Source: Octopus vulgaris (Eukaryota). Taken from it: DNA of 64,000 nucleotides. The DNA lies in the NCBI GenBank assembly GCA_951406725.2, contig OX597824.1, forward strand, positions 40,424,001-40,488,000, in the 5' to 3' direction. The notes beneath the pieces are model-generated. The model was not told the DNA's origin, made no database searches, and saw only the letters and a list, made by a program, of their open reading frames with translations. A program made the position numbers and the translations under genes. Below are positions 40,425 to 54,968 of this stretch, one piece after another (positions within the stretch are counted from its first letter, which is position 1; each line of letters starts with the position of its first letter).

Positions 40425-41012
40425 AGGCAACAAGCTGGCAGAATCGTTACCACACTAAAGGTGGCGAGCTGACAGAAACATTAGCACGCCAGGCGAAAAG
40501 CTTAGCGGTATTTCGTCTGCCACTATGTTCTGAGTTCAAATTCCACCGAGGTCAACTTTGCCTTTCATCCTTTCGGGGTCAATTAAATATGTACCAGTTA
40601 CGCACTAGGGTCGATATAATCGACTTAATCCATTTGTCCTCTCTGTGTTTAGCCCCTTGTGGGTAGTAAAGAAATACGTATTTCATCTGTCTTTACGTTC
40701 TGAATTCAAATTCTGCTGAGGTTGGCTTTGCCTTTCATCCTTTCAGGGTCAATAAATTAAGTACCAGTTACACACTGGGGTCGATGTAATCCCTTTGTCT
40801 GTCCTTGTTTGTCCCCTTCTATGTTTAGCCCCTTGTGGGCAATAAAGAAATAAGAATCATTACCACACCAGGCAAATGCTTAGCAGCTTTATGTCAGTCA
40901 GTCTTTATGTTCTGAGTTCATATTCTGCCAAATTTGACTTGAGTACTGGGGTCGATGTAACTGACTTATACCCTCCCCCAAAATTGCTGTCCTTGTGCCA
41001 AAATTTGAAATC
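40425..41012 (+). mobile_element. Nested family B SINE cluster
   Basis: Young copies inserted in an older head; agaatc(g/a)ttaccacac at about 40440 and 40853. Confidence 0.8.
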
Positions 41013-41704
41013 AATATTCTCCACAACATATAGCTGATAGTTGGTACAAGTTAATGCAAATGTATGAAGTATTTAATATTTTTAAAAATCTACCAGCTTG
41101 TTGATATTTCTCAAAATTAACTTGCTCATCATCTCTGCATAATCTGCCTTTTCTGGAATTTTCTGGAATCTTATATGGACTAAATGTAAACTATAAGATC
41201 TAATAAATTTGCACTCTTCTGCCAAATCTCTTATTAGTCATTATTATTACTGTGTGTGGGAGGGTGGTGAGCTGGTAGAATCAATAGCATGCTGGGTATT
41301 TCGTTTGTCTTTGAATTCTGAGTTCCAATTTTGTCGAGGCTGACTGCTTTTCATCCTTTTGAGGTTGATAAAATAAGAACCAGTTGAGTACTGGAATCAA
41401 TGCAATCAACTTACCCAACTTACCCCCTCTCCAGAACTTGCTGGCCTTGTGCCAAAATTTGAAACCAATATTACTGTGTGGACAGTAGTTTTAGTGGTTG
41501 TGTTTATAGTAGTGTTAATTGTTTACATTTCCTTGGTTGTATGTAGTATTGGTAGTACTGTTACCATCTGTGTAGGATGAAGTATTAGCAATGGGTTTGA
41601 TAGTGATATTGTCTTGAGTTTCGGCATCAGTTGTGGTGCTGGTGTTTACAATGATATTTATGTTGCTGTTGATGATTTTGTTTTGATGAGACTTTTGGAA
41701 ATAT

Positions 41705-42240
41705 GCTGTGCTTGAGAAGACCCAGCAAGCCAATGAGACCATAACCAATGCCAGGAGCATAAGCAGCCCACTTATGCGTACCTTTTCCTTCTTTGGACAC
41801 TAAACTCTGCTTGCAAAGACCTGTTGAGGCAAGTGAAATCAAACTCAAAATCGATGACTGGCATCCATGCTAGCAGAGTGCTAAGAGCACCATACGAGTG
41901 TGATCGTTGACAGAGCGGCTAACCGGCTTCCGTGCCAGTGGCACCATTCGAGCGTGATCGTTACCAGCGTCGCCTTACTGGCACCTGTGCCGGTAGCATG
42001 TGTAAAAAGATTCAAGCGAGGTCATTGCCAGTACCACCTAACTGGCCCTCGTGCCGGTGGCACGTAAAAAGCACCCACTACACTCTTGGAGTGGTTGGTG
42101 TTAGGAAGGGCATCCATCTGTAGAAACTCTGCCAGATCAAGATTGGAGCCTGGTGCAGCCATCTGGTTCACCAGTCCTCAGTCAAATCGTCCAACCCATG
42201 CTAGCATGGAAAGCAGACATTAAACGATGATGATGATTTG
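41705..42240 (+). mobile_element. SINE/LINE-tail family D ending ccaacccatgctagcatggaaag...(gat)n
   Basis: Same motifs at 1-100, 295-500, 3100-3345 and 51300-51650. Confidence 0.7.
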
Positions 42241-42387
42241 TTAACGTTGCTGGTGTCATTAGTGACGACAATGTTGATAGTTGTTGTTCATGTTATTGCT
42301 GTTGTTGATGATGTTTTTTATTGATTGCTTCATTAACTATTTCTATCTTTTCTTCTTCATCATCTCTCTCTCGATCTTCTCCTCCAG

Positions 42388-42464
42388 GGTCGTATTATTT
42401 TAGCAGCCGAAAATGAATTTGAACGAAACCGATGGGTCGAAATGCTTAGAAAATCAAGCCAGGT
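42388..42464 (+). CDS. PLEKHD1: PLEKHD1-like coding exon (PH C-terminal helix)
   Basis: Polypyrimidine tract ctccag|GGT...GT|gtaagt; 77 nt; GRIILAAENEFERNRWVEMLRKSSQ(V) with the conserved PH-domain Trp. Confidence 0.92.
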
Positions 42465-42974
42465 GTAAGTATTTAATGTAATTTCACTATTGCAAGTTGG
42501 TGGAGAGAGACAGACACACAGACAGATAGAGATGTGTGTTTTGTGAGTTTATATAGTCTGTAATGTACAGACTATATAATGAGGTTGGTTGAAGTACATA
42601 AACATGGAGTAGACAATCAACTTTATTCTATAAAATGAAAAGATGTTTAAAAAAAAATGTAAAACAATTATCTAAAGTGACTAACAAAAATATAAAGAAA
42701 TATATATGTGTGTGTGTGTGTGTGTGTGTATGTATATGTATGTATGTATGTATATACCAATACATATACATTCATGTATATATATATATATCGTGGCACT
42801 CCGTCGGTTATGACAACGAGAGTCCCATTTGATCCGATCAACGGAACAGCCTGCTCGGGAAATTAACGTGCAAGTGGCTGAGCACTCCACAGACATGTGT
42901 ACCCTTAACATAGGTCTCAGGGAAATTCAGTGTAACACAGAGTGTGACAAGGCTGGTGCTTTGAAATACAGGTA

Positions 42975-43340
42975 GTGGTTGTATACTCCTTATGCAGAGG
43001 CTGACAACCTCTTGTACCTACACCTCATATTCATCATGGCGTCTGATGTGGCTTTTTAAACTAGATAATGTATTGAAAAGACACCCACATAGATTACATA
43101 ACCAATTTGGACCACCAAAAGCTGCAGTTAAGTTTTGATCTTTACGTATCTTAAAATGTCTTTTGAGACCTCCATTAGAATTGCAGACCTTATAGCATAC
43201 ACAGCATTGAAAGGTGTGCACAAATATACAGGTAGAATAGTTGGTGGAGGTTCGTTTTTTGTCATGGGTCAAATGAGATTTGAACCCAGCAAAAGAAAGA
43301 CATGGTTTGTCACAAACTGCACACAAAAAGATCACTGATG
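42975..43340 (-). mobile_element. Degenerate triple C2H2-like fragment, probably an RTE-type LINE C-terminus
   Basis: CAVCDKPCLSFAGFKSHLTH / CCVCYKVCNSNGGLKRHFK / CNLCGCLFNTLSSLKSHIRRH; no TGEKP linkers. Confidence 0.45.
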
Positions 43341-43441
43341 TTCACCTTCTTGATCACAACATTCTTCTTTAAATATCTCTTGAGTCTTGCATGTGTCATC
43401 CTGCTATCTATCTATCTATTTATCTATCTCTCTCTCTCTCT

Positions 43442-43491
<50 letters not shown>

Positions 43492-44064
43492 TTAAATATA
43501 TGGAAATATGAATGGATCTCCACCAGTTTCTATAATGAGTATCCAGTTGATTGTTCTATGAATTAATGGTTGAGTATTCCAAAGACATGTGTACCTTTAC
43601 TGTAATTCTAAAGCTGAATCAGCATGACATAATGTGTGACAAAGTTGTGCCTTTTGGAATTACAGGTACAATCCATCCAACAGCTTCTGTGCAGTTTCCA
43701 TTTACCCAATTTCATTCACATTGTATGGGTCAATCTGAGGTTATAGAAAATGGCATTTCTTCCCAAATTCCACTCATAAGGATCAAATTCAAGGCCCCCA
43801 TGGTTGTGAAGCAAACTTCTTAATCATTCAAATATGCTGCACTGAATATATTCTCTCTGTGTGTAGAAGTGTTCAAGTGCAGAAGCATTGTTGTGTAGAT
43901 TAATGGGTGGGGTGAGGTTTGTCTCTGTGTAATTGTTGAGTGTGTGTAAAGAGAGCTGTGTAGATGTGAAGAGGTGGGAGCAAGCACTAGTATAAAGCAA
44001 ATGAGAAAGCAAGAGGAATGTGGTAGGTGAGTAGGTGTGTGTGTATATATATATATATATATAT

Positions 44065-44150
<86 letters not shown>

Positions 44151-44162
44151 GCATATATATAT

Positions 44163-44239
<77 letters not shown>

Positions 44240-45244
44240 CTCGCCCATGTATATATCGTGAGTAAGGATTACGTCAACTTATTTGGATTGTAGTTTATAT
44301 AAATCCATGACATAGTAGTCCAGTTATGTACACATATAATCAATGCTCGCATACATCTCCAGAGAAACTAATCATTAGTTGTAGCAAGTGATCTTTTTTA
44401 TCTATCTTATCTCTCTTTCTTATGTGTCTTCTGTTAAGAAAGGCATATTCAGGTTGTTAAGCAACACATTTTCATATTTATCACCTACTTCACATCATTG
44501 CATAATTCCTTCACTGTAACTACCTGAAGAATATAATAATAATAATAATAATAATTGTGTACAGTGCTCAGGTGAACTACAACTCATCTAAAGTGTATAT
44601 ATAATGTTGGTTGTTGAACAATGTTTCACCTTAATCTGCCCCCTGGTAAACAGGTATGGTCAAAACATATCCAGAATAGTTATCATGCTTGCAAAAGATT
44701 ACATTAAATGATTAACTAGATATTTTAACTAATGCTTTCTTTTTACTGATTATATAATTTGTAATTAATTAAAATATTGGAGTTGTCTCCCCTACCTGAC
44801 TTGATCAGATTTCAGCATTGAGTTAATGTTTTACTTTTACTGCCATACTGAGGGAAGTTTTGATTATCTTGTATATTTTACTTGTTTCAATCATTGGACT
44901 GCAGCTATGCTGGGACACCAATTTGGAGGATTTCATTGAACAAATTGACCTCAGTTCTCTGGTCTTAGTTAAACTCCTAGGTCATGGGGGATGTAAACAA
45001 ACTAATACTAGTTGTTAAGTGATGGATGGGGGAGCAAATGCAACATACACACACACACACACATATATATGACAAGCTTCTTTCAGTTTCCATCTACCAA
45101 ATCACTCACAAAGCTTTAGTCTACCCAGAGAAATAGTAGAAGACACTTGCCCAAGATGTTGGCCAGTGGGACTGAATTCAAGACCCCATGGTTGGGAAGC
45201 AAACTTTAACCCTTTTTTTACCATTACATTACATTACATATCCT

Positions 45245-45420
45245 GTAGCCTGGCTGGCCGTTGGAGCACCACCAATGACTTTGCAACTAGATTCCTTCAC
45301 CTGTCTCCGCCCACAGATATTGTTTTCCCACCTTTTTCTCTGTCTGCCTCCACCTTTGTCTGTTCCTTGAAGGATTGTTTTGGCCATCCCTGATAAGCGG
45401 GTGACATGCCTAGACCACAT
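45245..45420 (-). mobile_element. RTE-type LINE C-terminal fragment
   Basis: HVTRLSGMAKTILQGT.KGG.GRQRKRWENNI. Confidence 0.7.
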
Positions 45421-45632
45421 ATCTCTTTGTTTCAGTTAATTTTGAAAATAATGAAGACTTTAGAAAATAACTTGGTCATTATTTAACTGGTGTTTGAAAC
45501 CTAAATTGATATGAAATTTTGTTGGAAGGTTTTAATTTAGGTCGTTTTAAAACAGGATGTTTACTGACCTTGGTATGATTTGAACTGAGAGTCCTTAAAA
45601 CTAGAACATATACTGAAAGACATACTGAGCTT

Positions 45633-45664
<32 letters not shown>

Positions 45665-45751
45665 GTGGAAGACTTAATGAAATCAACTCCAATGCTTGAC
45701 TGGTAATTTATTTTGTCAACACCAGAAGGATAAAAAGCAAAGTTTGTTATA

Positions 45752-46120
45752 CTATTGAATTATGCTGTTAGACTCAGATTTATACAACCACCAGCTGAAG
45801 GGATTCAATTTCATTCAAAGACAACATTCATTGTGTGGTTGACTTGACAATACATCCGGTTTAACTCTGATAGTGAGCTTTAGATGCCATTAAAATAGTA
45901 TATTTGGTCACAAGCATCTAGACATGATTCACAGTCCCTTCTCTGTCTCTGTAGATGCTGAGCTTCAGATGTTCAGGATGGATATCATCTGAATTAGCCT
46001 TACTTGCACATGTTCAGAGTCAATATCATCTGGATCAGATTAATTTGCAGATGTTCAAGATGGATATAATCTGGGTCAATTTCACCTGCAAATGTTCAGA
46101 TTAAATGTCACTTGTATCAA
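45752..46120 (+). repeat. Left arm of inverted repeat flanking exon 46551-46642
   Basis: agcatctagacatgat and ttctctgtctctgtagatgctgagcttcagatgttcagg are complementary to parts of 46706-47061; contains about 39-bp internal tandem units. Confidence 0.8.
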
Positions 46121-46416
46121 CAGGACTTACAATTTTCCAATTAGTCATACTGTAATTGAAATAGTAGAAACAATTTGTAATTGTTAAATCTGAGAAGGAT
46201 TGGTGGTTACACTCAAGTGTAACATAGTAACATTGCCATGCAGTAAATGACAGGTACATAGTTCAGGTCCTGTCACTGTAACTTTTTATTTAGTCATTTA
46301 TTTTTCATTACCTATCTCAAATTGTCTCATATTATTTGTCTCTCCTCTATCATTTATAAATTGGCTACTCAGTAAATGATAGACACATGGTTCAAATCCT
46401 ATTGTTGGATTTGTTT

Positions 46417-46451
<35 letters not shown>

Positions 46452-46550
46452 TCTCTCTCAATTGAATTTTATAATGTCTGATATCACTTGTTTCTTCTTT
46501 TTTTATTTATTCATAAATTTATTTGTTTAATTATGTCTGTCTCTTTCCAG

Positions 46551-46642
46551 TACATGGAAATGTTTACAGTTGGGCAACCTAATGATTAAACAATTAGAAA
46601 CACAAGGCCAACAAATGGCTCATGATAAACAGACCTATTATG
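46551..46642 (+). CDS. PLEKHD1: PLEKHD1-like coding exon
   Basis: tttccag|T...G|gtaagt; 92 nt; TWKCLQLGNLMIKQLETQGQQMAHDKQTYY(D) (cf. TWKNAQLGEAMIKSLEAQG). Confidence 0.92.
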
Positions 46643-46705
46643 GTAAGTTTGCTGTGTCATTAAATCACATTTTTATTATTATAAGTTATGGGAGAAGGAG
46701 TTGGC

Positions 46706-47061
46706 TTGATTAATACAGGTGATATCCTCCTATAGAACATCTATAGAATTTATTGTTCCAGACATGATATCTAACTTGAACAAGTGCAGGTTAGATTGAT
46801 ACAGATGATATCCACCTTGAACATCTGCTGGTCAGATTAATGCAGGTGATATCCAACCTGAATATCTGCAGGTCAGATTGATGCAGATATCTACCCTGAA
46901 TATCTGGAGCTCAGTATTTGCAGGGACAGAGAATGGATCATGTCTAGATGCTTATAACTAAACATACTTTGCTAAGGCAAACTGATTTATTACCACGCCT
47001 ACCACACAATCTATGTTGTCAAGGGTGATATAAATCTGAACCTAAGATTATCCTTCAATAG
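46706..47061 (-). repeat. Right arm of inverted repeat flanking exon 46551-46642
   Basis: atcatgtctagatgct and cctgaatatctggagctcagtatttgcagggacagagaa. Confidence 0.8.
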
Positions 47062-47344
47062 GATAAACCTACCTTTCATCCTTCTAGGGTTGAAAAAATA
47101 AATTACTAACCAAGTACAGGAGTCGATTTCATTAACTTACCCCTCCCCACAAAATTCTGGCTTTGCACATAGATCAGTAATCATTTTAATTTTTTTATAG
47201 AAATGCTTAGTAGCAGTAAAAAATAGTTATTGTAACAGCTGTGTGGGATGACAATATCTGTCTGGCATGTCAAGTAATATGATATCTATTTGACCTCTAA
47301 TTAATATATCTATTTGACCTATAAGTGATACGTTTCTCTTGCAG

Positions 47345-47397
47345 ATCGGCTACAAAATGAAGTGATTGCATTGTCGGATACTAAACAAAGGGCAGAT
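47345..47397 (+). CDS. PLEKHD1: PLEKHD1-like coding exon
   Basis: ttgcag|AT...GAT|gtaagt; 53 nt, phase matches neighbours; (D)RLQNEVIALSDTKQRAD. Confidence 0.88.
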
Positions 47398-47649
47398 GTA
47401 AGTATTTACATTTCAGTGGCTCTCTGCAGACTGTCCAGGTAGACAAACAGACCAACTGGTATGTCTGTCTATCCTACCTGCTTTTATATTTCCCTATCAA
47501 TCACTACTATAGTTCAGTCAGCTATTGTTTATTTAAGACAACTAACATTAAAGTTTTTGGTATACCAACTGTTTGTATGACGGCAATGCTTGTTTTACAA
47601 ATGTTGTGCAATGCTGAGATAATGAGATACAAACACACATATTCACACA

Positions 47650-48408
47650 TGCGGTCTGATCAGAAAATATCAGGATTGGTGCCATGAAAAGAAAACCACA
47701 ACACATATCAATTTGGCATTTAATCTTCTTTGAAATAGTCTCTCTTCTGAAGCTACACACTTTATCCAGTGTTGCTTCTGTTGATAGAAGCATTCTTCTA
47801 ACTCCTTTTTTGAGATAGTGCACAGCTGCCTTGTCATAGTCTTTTTTTTTTTTTTGTTCCTTCTCGAGCTATGCCTGGCTCATAAGGGCCGGTTTCCTGG
47901 TTTCCTTGGCGTATAGGTTCCCCACCTGGACGGGACGCTGGTCCATCACAGGTGAGCTGGAGGAAAGAGTGAGAGAAAGTTGTGGCGAAAGAGTCAGCAG
48001 AAGTTCGCCTTTACCTTCTGCTGGAGCCGTGTGGAACTTAAGCGTTTCGCTCATAAACACACATATCGTCCAGTCTGAGATTCGAACCCGCGATCCCTCG
48101 ACCACAAGTCTGCTGCTCTAGACCCACAATTCATCACATGTTATGACTGTTTTTAAAAAATTTTTGTCTTTCTCAACACAATCAAGGATATCCGGCACAG
48201 CTGAAACCTGATCTTCTTTTTGAGACAAACACACTCTATACACTTTACTTCCAAGCACTGTTATAAACAACAGAAGCAAGTGAGAATGTTATAACTTAGT
48301 GTGCATGCTGACCAGAGTTCAAGATCAATCTGTGCCAAGTAGCTTCACTCTGCATACTTTAGCTCCATTACCGAAGCAACAGTTCTGATACTTTTTGATT
48401 TGACCTCG
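47650..48408 (-). mobile_element. Second mariner derivative, interrupted by a family C SINE
   Basis: TIR-like ends ggtctgatcagaaaatatcagga and tctgatactttttgatttgacctcg; minus-strand KNFLKTVITCDELWV and ECFYQQKQHWIKCVAS. Confidence 0.7.
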
Positions 48409-48739
48409 TATACATATACAATGGGCTTCTTTCAGCTTCCATTTATGAAATCCACCCCAAAGGCTTTAGTCAAACTAAGGATTGAACCTGAAACTACCGG
48501 GTTGAAAAACAAATTTATCAACTACATAGCCATGCCTGCACCTGCAAATGTACATAGAGAAAGGAGGTTGAAAACTGAGAGAGAAAAGACCAGTCAAAAC
48601 ACATAACAAGGAATATAAAAGATTATTTTAACAGTTTCATAATCTCATGCTATTTCATCAATAACTCATTTAATATATACACATATAACACATATAATTA
48701 TGAATGAATGTATATGTTTGGTATTTTTTTTTTGTAAAG

Positions 48740-48834
48740 GAACTGGAACGGTTAAATGAAGAACTTGCTAAAGAGAAGAGTCGGATGGAGCAACTATTAA
48801 AAGACATGGAAGACGACTATCAGTGTGTGAAAGA
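48740..48834 (+). CDS. PLEKHD1: PLEKHD1-like coding exon (coiled coil)
   Basis: T-tract then aaag|GAA...GA|gtaaga; 95 nt; ELERLNEELAKEKSRMEQLLKDMEDDYQCVK(E) (cf. ELERLNQVLEAEK). Confidence 0.9.
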
Positions 48835-51800
48835 GTAAGAGAAGTTTACTTTTTGTTTCTAGTTTCTTTCCATAAACTTTAGGATAACAGTTAGTGAGTG
48901 GGTGAAGGTGGGGAAGAATACATATCTATTTATTTATTGATTTTGTATCACAATTTTCAGTGCATAGTAGCTACATTGGTTATGGATCTACAAAGAACCA
49001 ATCACAGATTCACTGCATTTCTGACTACAAGTCAGAAATGTAACAAGGGGGAGTGTCTTCAACACAGTGCAGAACAAATATCCTAAATGATTTTAATCAA
49101 GGAGCACTAGTTTTTCTCAATGAAGCTTACATTTTTCTCTACTATATACCCATAAAAAATACACACACATGCACACGCACACATTAATCTCCTTCTACAC
49201 AGTTGCTATCTTCCAAATTCTTGTTACAAGCAATCTTCCCTCTAATTCTTTGTTGTGGATCATCATTAAAATTATCCACTTTTCCAAATTCACATGAATT
49301 TGATAGAATTGATTGAGGCAGACTTTTTACAGCTAAATGCCCTTCCTGTCACCATCACTTACATGTTTTCAAATAAGTTAGTATTTCTCCATGACCAGAC
49401 ATGTTTTTATGGAAGACTGGAAATAAATGACACCGCTTGTATGACAGTGACACTTGTTTACAACTACCATGGGATATCGAGACAAGGAGACACACACACA
49501 ACACACACACAACACACACACAGCACATACACATGCACATAATGGGCTTCTTTCAGTTTCCATCTACCAAATCCACTCACAAGGCTTTGATTAGTCTAAG
49601 ACTATAAAAGAAGACACTTGCCCAAAGTGTCATGCAGTGGGACTGAACCCAGAGCCATGTGATTGGAAAGCAAACTTCTTACCATACAGCTATACCTGTG
49701 CCTATACAGCCACACCTGCACTTATTAACAAATTCTTTAAGAGAATGAAATGACTGAAAACTCTCTACTTCCAAACTGATAAAGATATATTAGAAAAGGA
49801 CCCATAGTATCAAGGTTTACTATATACAAGCATTCTAAGGCAGCAAGCTGGTAGAACCATTAGCATGCTGGACAAAATATTTAGTAGCATTTCGTCTGTC
49901 TTTATGTTCTGAGTTCAAATTCCGCCAAGGTCAACTTTACCTTTCATCCTTTTGGGATCAGCAAAATACCTTTCATCCTTTTGGGATCAGCAAAATAAGT
50001 ACCAGTTGAACTCTGAGGTTGATGTAATCGATTTACCCCCGAAATTTCTGGCCTTGTGTCAAAATGTAAAACCAGTATATACAAGCATCCTTGACTATGT
50101 TGTAATAAAGACTGTTCTATTGCTTGGCAATGATTCACTCACCAATATACTAACTCAATGACATGTGGTTTCCTCTCTTTTCTTCTGCTGCTGCTGTTGT
50201 AGTTGTTGTTGTTAAGCAACAAGACAGGTAAGGGTGATTAGGTGATGGTCTAGGGCTTAGGCGCGGGAGACACCAGACCTTGGAAAAAAAAATCTTTGGT
50301 CGTCTTGTTGTAGTCGAGGGCTCTTCGTTGATGCCCAACACCACTGGGAGGTGGCCCTCGAAGTCGCTGGAAATGGAGATCTCCAAGTCCAAATTCTTGG
50401 ATGGCTGCTGCTACTACTTCAACAGCCTCTGCTCCACTGAGCTAGCTAGCTGCATATTCTCTCTCCATCCATAACTACCTAACATATCTCACCATCTTCT
50501 GTCACTATTATTGTGTCCACCTTACCAAGATCCTACTCCAATCCTTCCCCAACAGAACAAAAACCTTCTAAAATAATTTCCCTGTCTATACCTCTCTGCC
50601 AACCATTGCCCTATAGAGGCTCCAAACTCAACATCAGTCACATCAGTGTCACCAGTTCTGGGAATGTGACCTTCAAAGGTCATCAATTCTGTCTTTGATT
50701 AAAAATGTATTAAAAATTCAGAATCATGTTTTTAGTTGCATTTTTGTTAGTCATTGAAGGAATGTTGAGGATAATTTATTTTACCATTACATCACAAGAT
50801 CTACTGACTACATTGACGCTCTATTGAAGCTTTTGTGACCCTTTTGATCAAAGGTCTGTTTGATCTACACTGACCTAAGGTTAAGTAACAACAACTACAT
50901 TGAAATTTCATCATGGTTACTGCACCCTTTTTGATCATTGGTTTGTTCCATCAAGACTGACCTAGGGCTAAACAATTCTCTCTTCATCCATGTTTTCTGG
51001 TGGTTATTTAACATTTTAGCGTTTAGATCATTCTGTCAAATTCAATACTTATTTATTAACATTGCTTTGAATTAATCATACATCATCTCATGGCTTTGAG
51101 ATTTCAATGGTGTAGTTGTTTATTTTTAGAATAACATTGTAAGGTATGTCTGAGAGATTGGGTCTGGCCAGTTTTAACATAAAACAGATAAAATATTTTG
51201 GTCAGATGTGTCCAGTTTAAATAACCTTATTGGTTACTTAGTTACTTTATTGCCTCTGCCTCTGACCTTTTGTCCTTTTTAAATAACATAGAACCAGTTT
51301 CATCATCATCATCATTATATGTCCACCTTCCACGCTGACATGGGTTGGATGGTTTGACAGGAGCTAGCCAGGCAGAAGACTACACCAAGCTTCTGTGTCT
51401 GTTTTGGCTTAGTTTTTATGGTTGGATGCCCTTCCTAACACCGTCTACCCATCAGAGTGGACTGAGTGCTTTTTACATGGCACCAACACAAGCAAGGTCA
51501 GTTTTGGCGTGGTTTTTACTGCTGGTTACCCTTCCAGCAGTGTGGACTGGATGCTTTTTACATGGCACCAGCACCAGCAGGGTCACCAAGTAATTTGCAA
51601 GACAAGGAATCTTTAAGAGGGGAGGGGGCATTGGAGGAGGTGATCTTGTGTCAGATGATGAAAGTTTCTGATTTTCTGTATTAGAAGAGTCCAAGCATAT
51701 GTCATAGGCAAAAACTAAAAGTAAAAAGTTAAGTCCCTATTTGATCCCACCCCAGAAACCCCAAATTCTCAACCCAATTCCGTATTATGTTTCACAACCT

Positions 51801-53396
51801 ACTTCACATTTTGTATGTTAGTGATGCTTTTGAAAAAGTCATGAACCTTACCTACTCCCTTCTCATTTATAGCTATTTCTACCTGCAGCAGAATGCATTC
51901 TAACATGAGGTAGTTGGCTCCATGGTAGGAATCTGTTATTGGACATACCCAGTGTTAGTTTCATCAGCATATTCTTCTGTGCTGGCTTATGGCATGTTGG
52001 AAGGGAATATTCATTTTGGAGTTTTCTTACTCCTAGATTGGTGGCTTTCACTGCAGCTAAGGAGCTCAATCTACCCTTACAAAAATCTGTTTACCCCTTG
52101 GATGGGACCCTGACAAGTACTACCATTCTGGGTCAGAATGGACCTTGGAGTAATAGTAATTAAGGGGTGATTCCACCCTCCCTACAACTCCTGAACTCCC
52201 AAATTGGAGCCTCGCTACTGGATGCAGTTTAATGTTGTACCCAAACTCCTACTCATTTATAAATACTGTTTCTTTGAATCTTAATAAGAAAACAGCATTG
52301 TGAAAAGTCATAAATGAAGACTGAATATTATCATTTTAGTTGGTATTGTTTAGCTCCAGGTCAGCCTGGTTGAGAACTATGATTAATAGAAGTCCTGACA
52401 TGACCAGTCCATTTTTTTTTGTTTATAAACTTAGTGCATGTAGAATTAGCTTATCTAATATGCTATACTCTTTTTTTTTTTTTCATGGTTGTGTAGGATT
52501 TGAAGGAGATTTAGTTGCTATTTCTAGCTGCTCAAACGACGATGTAGAACCTTATAGGCTCTGCACTGTCATTGACCTATTAGTATCAGTAGAGAAGTAT
52601 TGTAACTAAGGGACTGTCTTAAAAAACTGTGTAACTTAAGGATAACAAGAGTGAGAGTAAAAAGGGAGACACAAAGGAGGGACATATCAAGTTAGCAATA
52701 CATAAAGGTCTGCAAGAACATCTAATAAATAGAAAAAAAATCTGTTACTCAAAGCCAATTTAATTTCTCTTCTGATCTTTTCTTTTTCCTTCTCTCTGAT
52801 TGTGTGTGTGTCTCTGTGTTTTTTCAGTGTTTTCAAATAACACAGAAAAAATAAACAGTTACCAGGGTAGCAAAAATTCACACAAGTAACAAGGATGTTA
52901 CAATCTATTTATTAAGGTAGACACTCCTACCAATGTTGTCTTCGAAACATGTGTCGGAAGTAAAAGAATTTGAATAACAACTGCGTTTGACTCCATTTAT
53001 ATATATATATATATATATTATTTATATCTTTTTGTTATTTATTTTTTGCATTTTACTTAATCTTTGACATTTTATTGTTATTTCAATTTTAATTTTTTTA
53101 TTATATGTAATTTTCTAGATGGTGTAATTTAATTGTTCATTTTGAATTGATAAAAGGTGGTTTTTTTCTAATTTTATATATATATATATATATTTAAAGA
53201 TTTTCTATAGAATTTAGAGCCAATGCTGAAAGTTACAGCTCTAATTCTATAGAAAATCTTTAGAGATACACTTAAAAAGTAAAAAATGAAAACAAGGTAT
53301 TGCTAACACACAGTAGGACACAATATTGACTTCTAACTTTAACATACTTTGTAGTATATCAGGGTTCTAAAACAAGCATACAGTGTTCCACAAGCA

Positions 53397-54562
<1,166 letters not shown>

Positions 54563-54609
54563 TGAGTGCTGGTTGGGGATGGGTGTAAACAATGATGATA
54601 TTTTTTTCC

Positions 54610-54918
54610 ATTTCCTTGTCTGTCTCTCCCTCTTTGTCTTCCTTCCCTTTTCCTAACTCTGATTTTACTTCCTTCTCTCTCTCATTACTTCTTACTCTCA
54701 CTTTATTTCTCTTTCTATCTCTTTTCTCTTTTCTTCCTTTTCTCTCTCTCTCTTCACTTATTTCTCTCTTCTTTTCCCACTCTACTTTTCTTTCTCTCTC
54801 TCTCTTGCTCTCTCTCATTTTCTTTCCCTCTCTCTTACCTCCATAATCTGTCTACATCTTTTTAACCTCATGCTTATAGCACCTCTGTGTCCTCTTTCTG
54901 TCTGTCTATTTACCTCTC

Positions 54919-54968
<50 letters not shown>

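Noticed and set aside
50150-50474. GC-richer ORFs (LEISISSDFEGHLPVVLGI on minus)
   Set aside because: No fitting splice phase in the gene model; at most a weak non-LTR endonuclease remnant.
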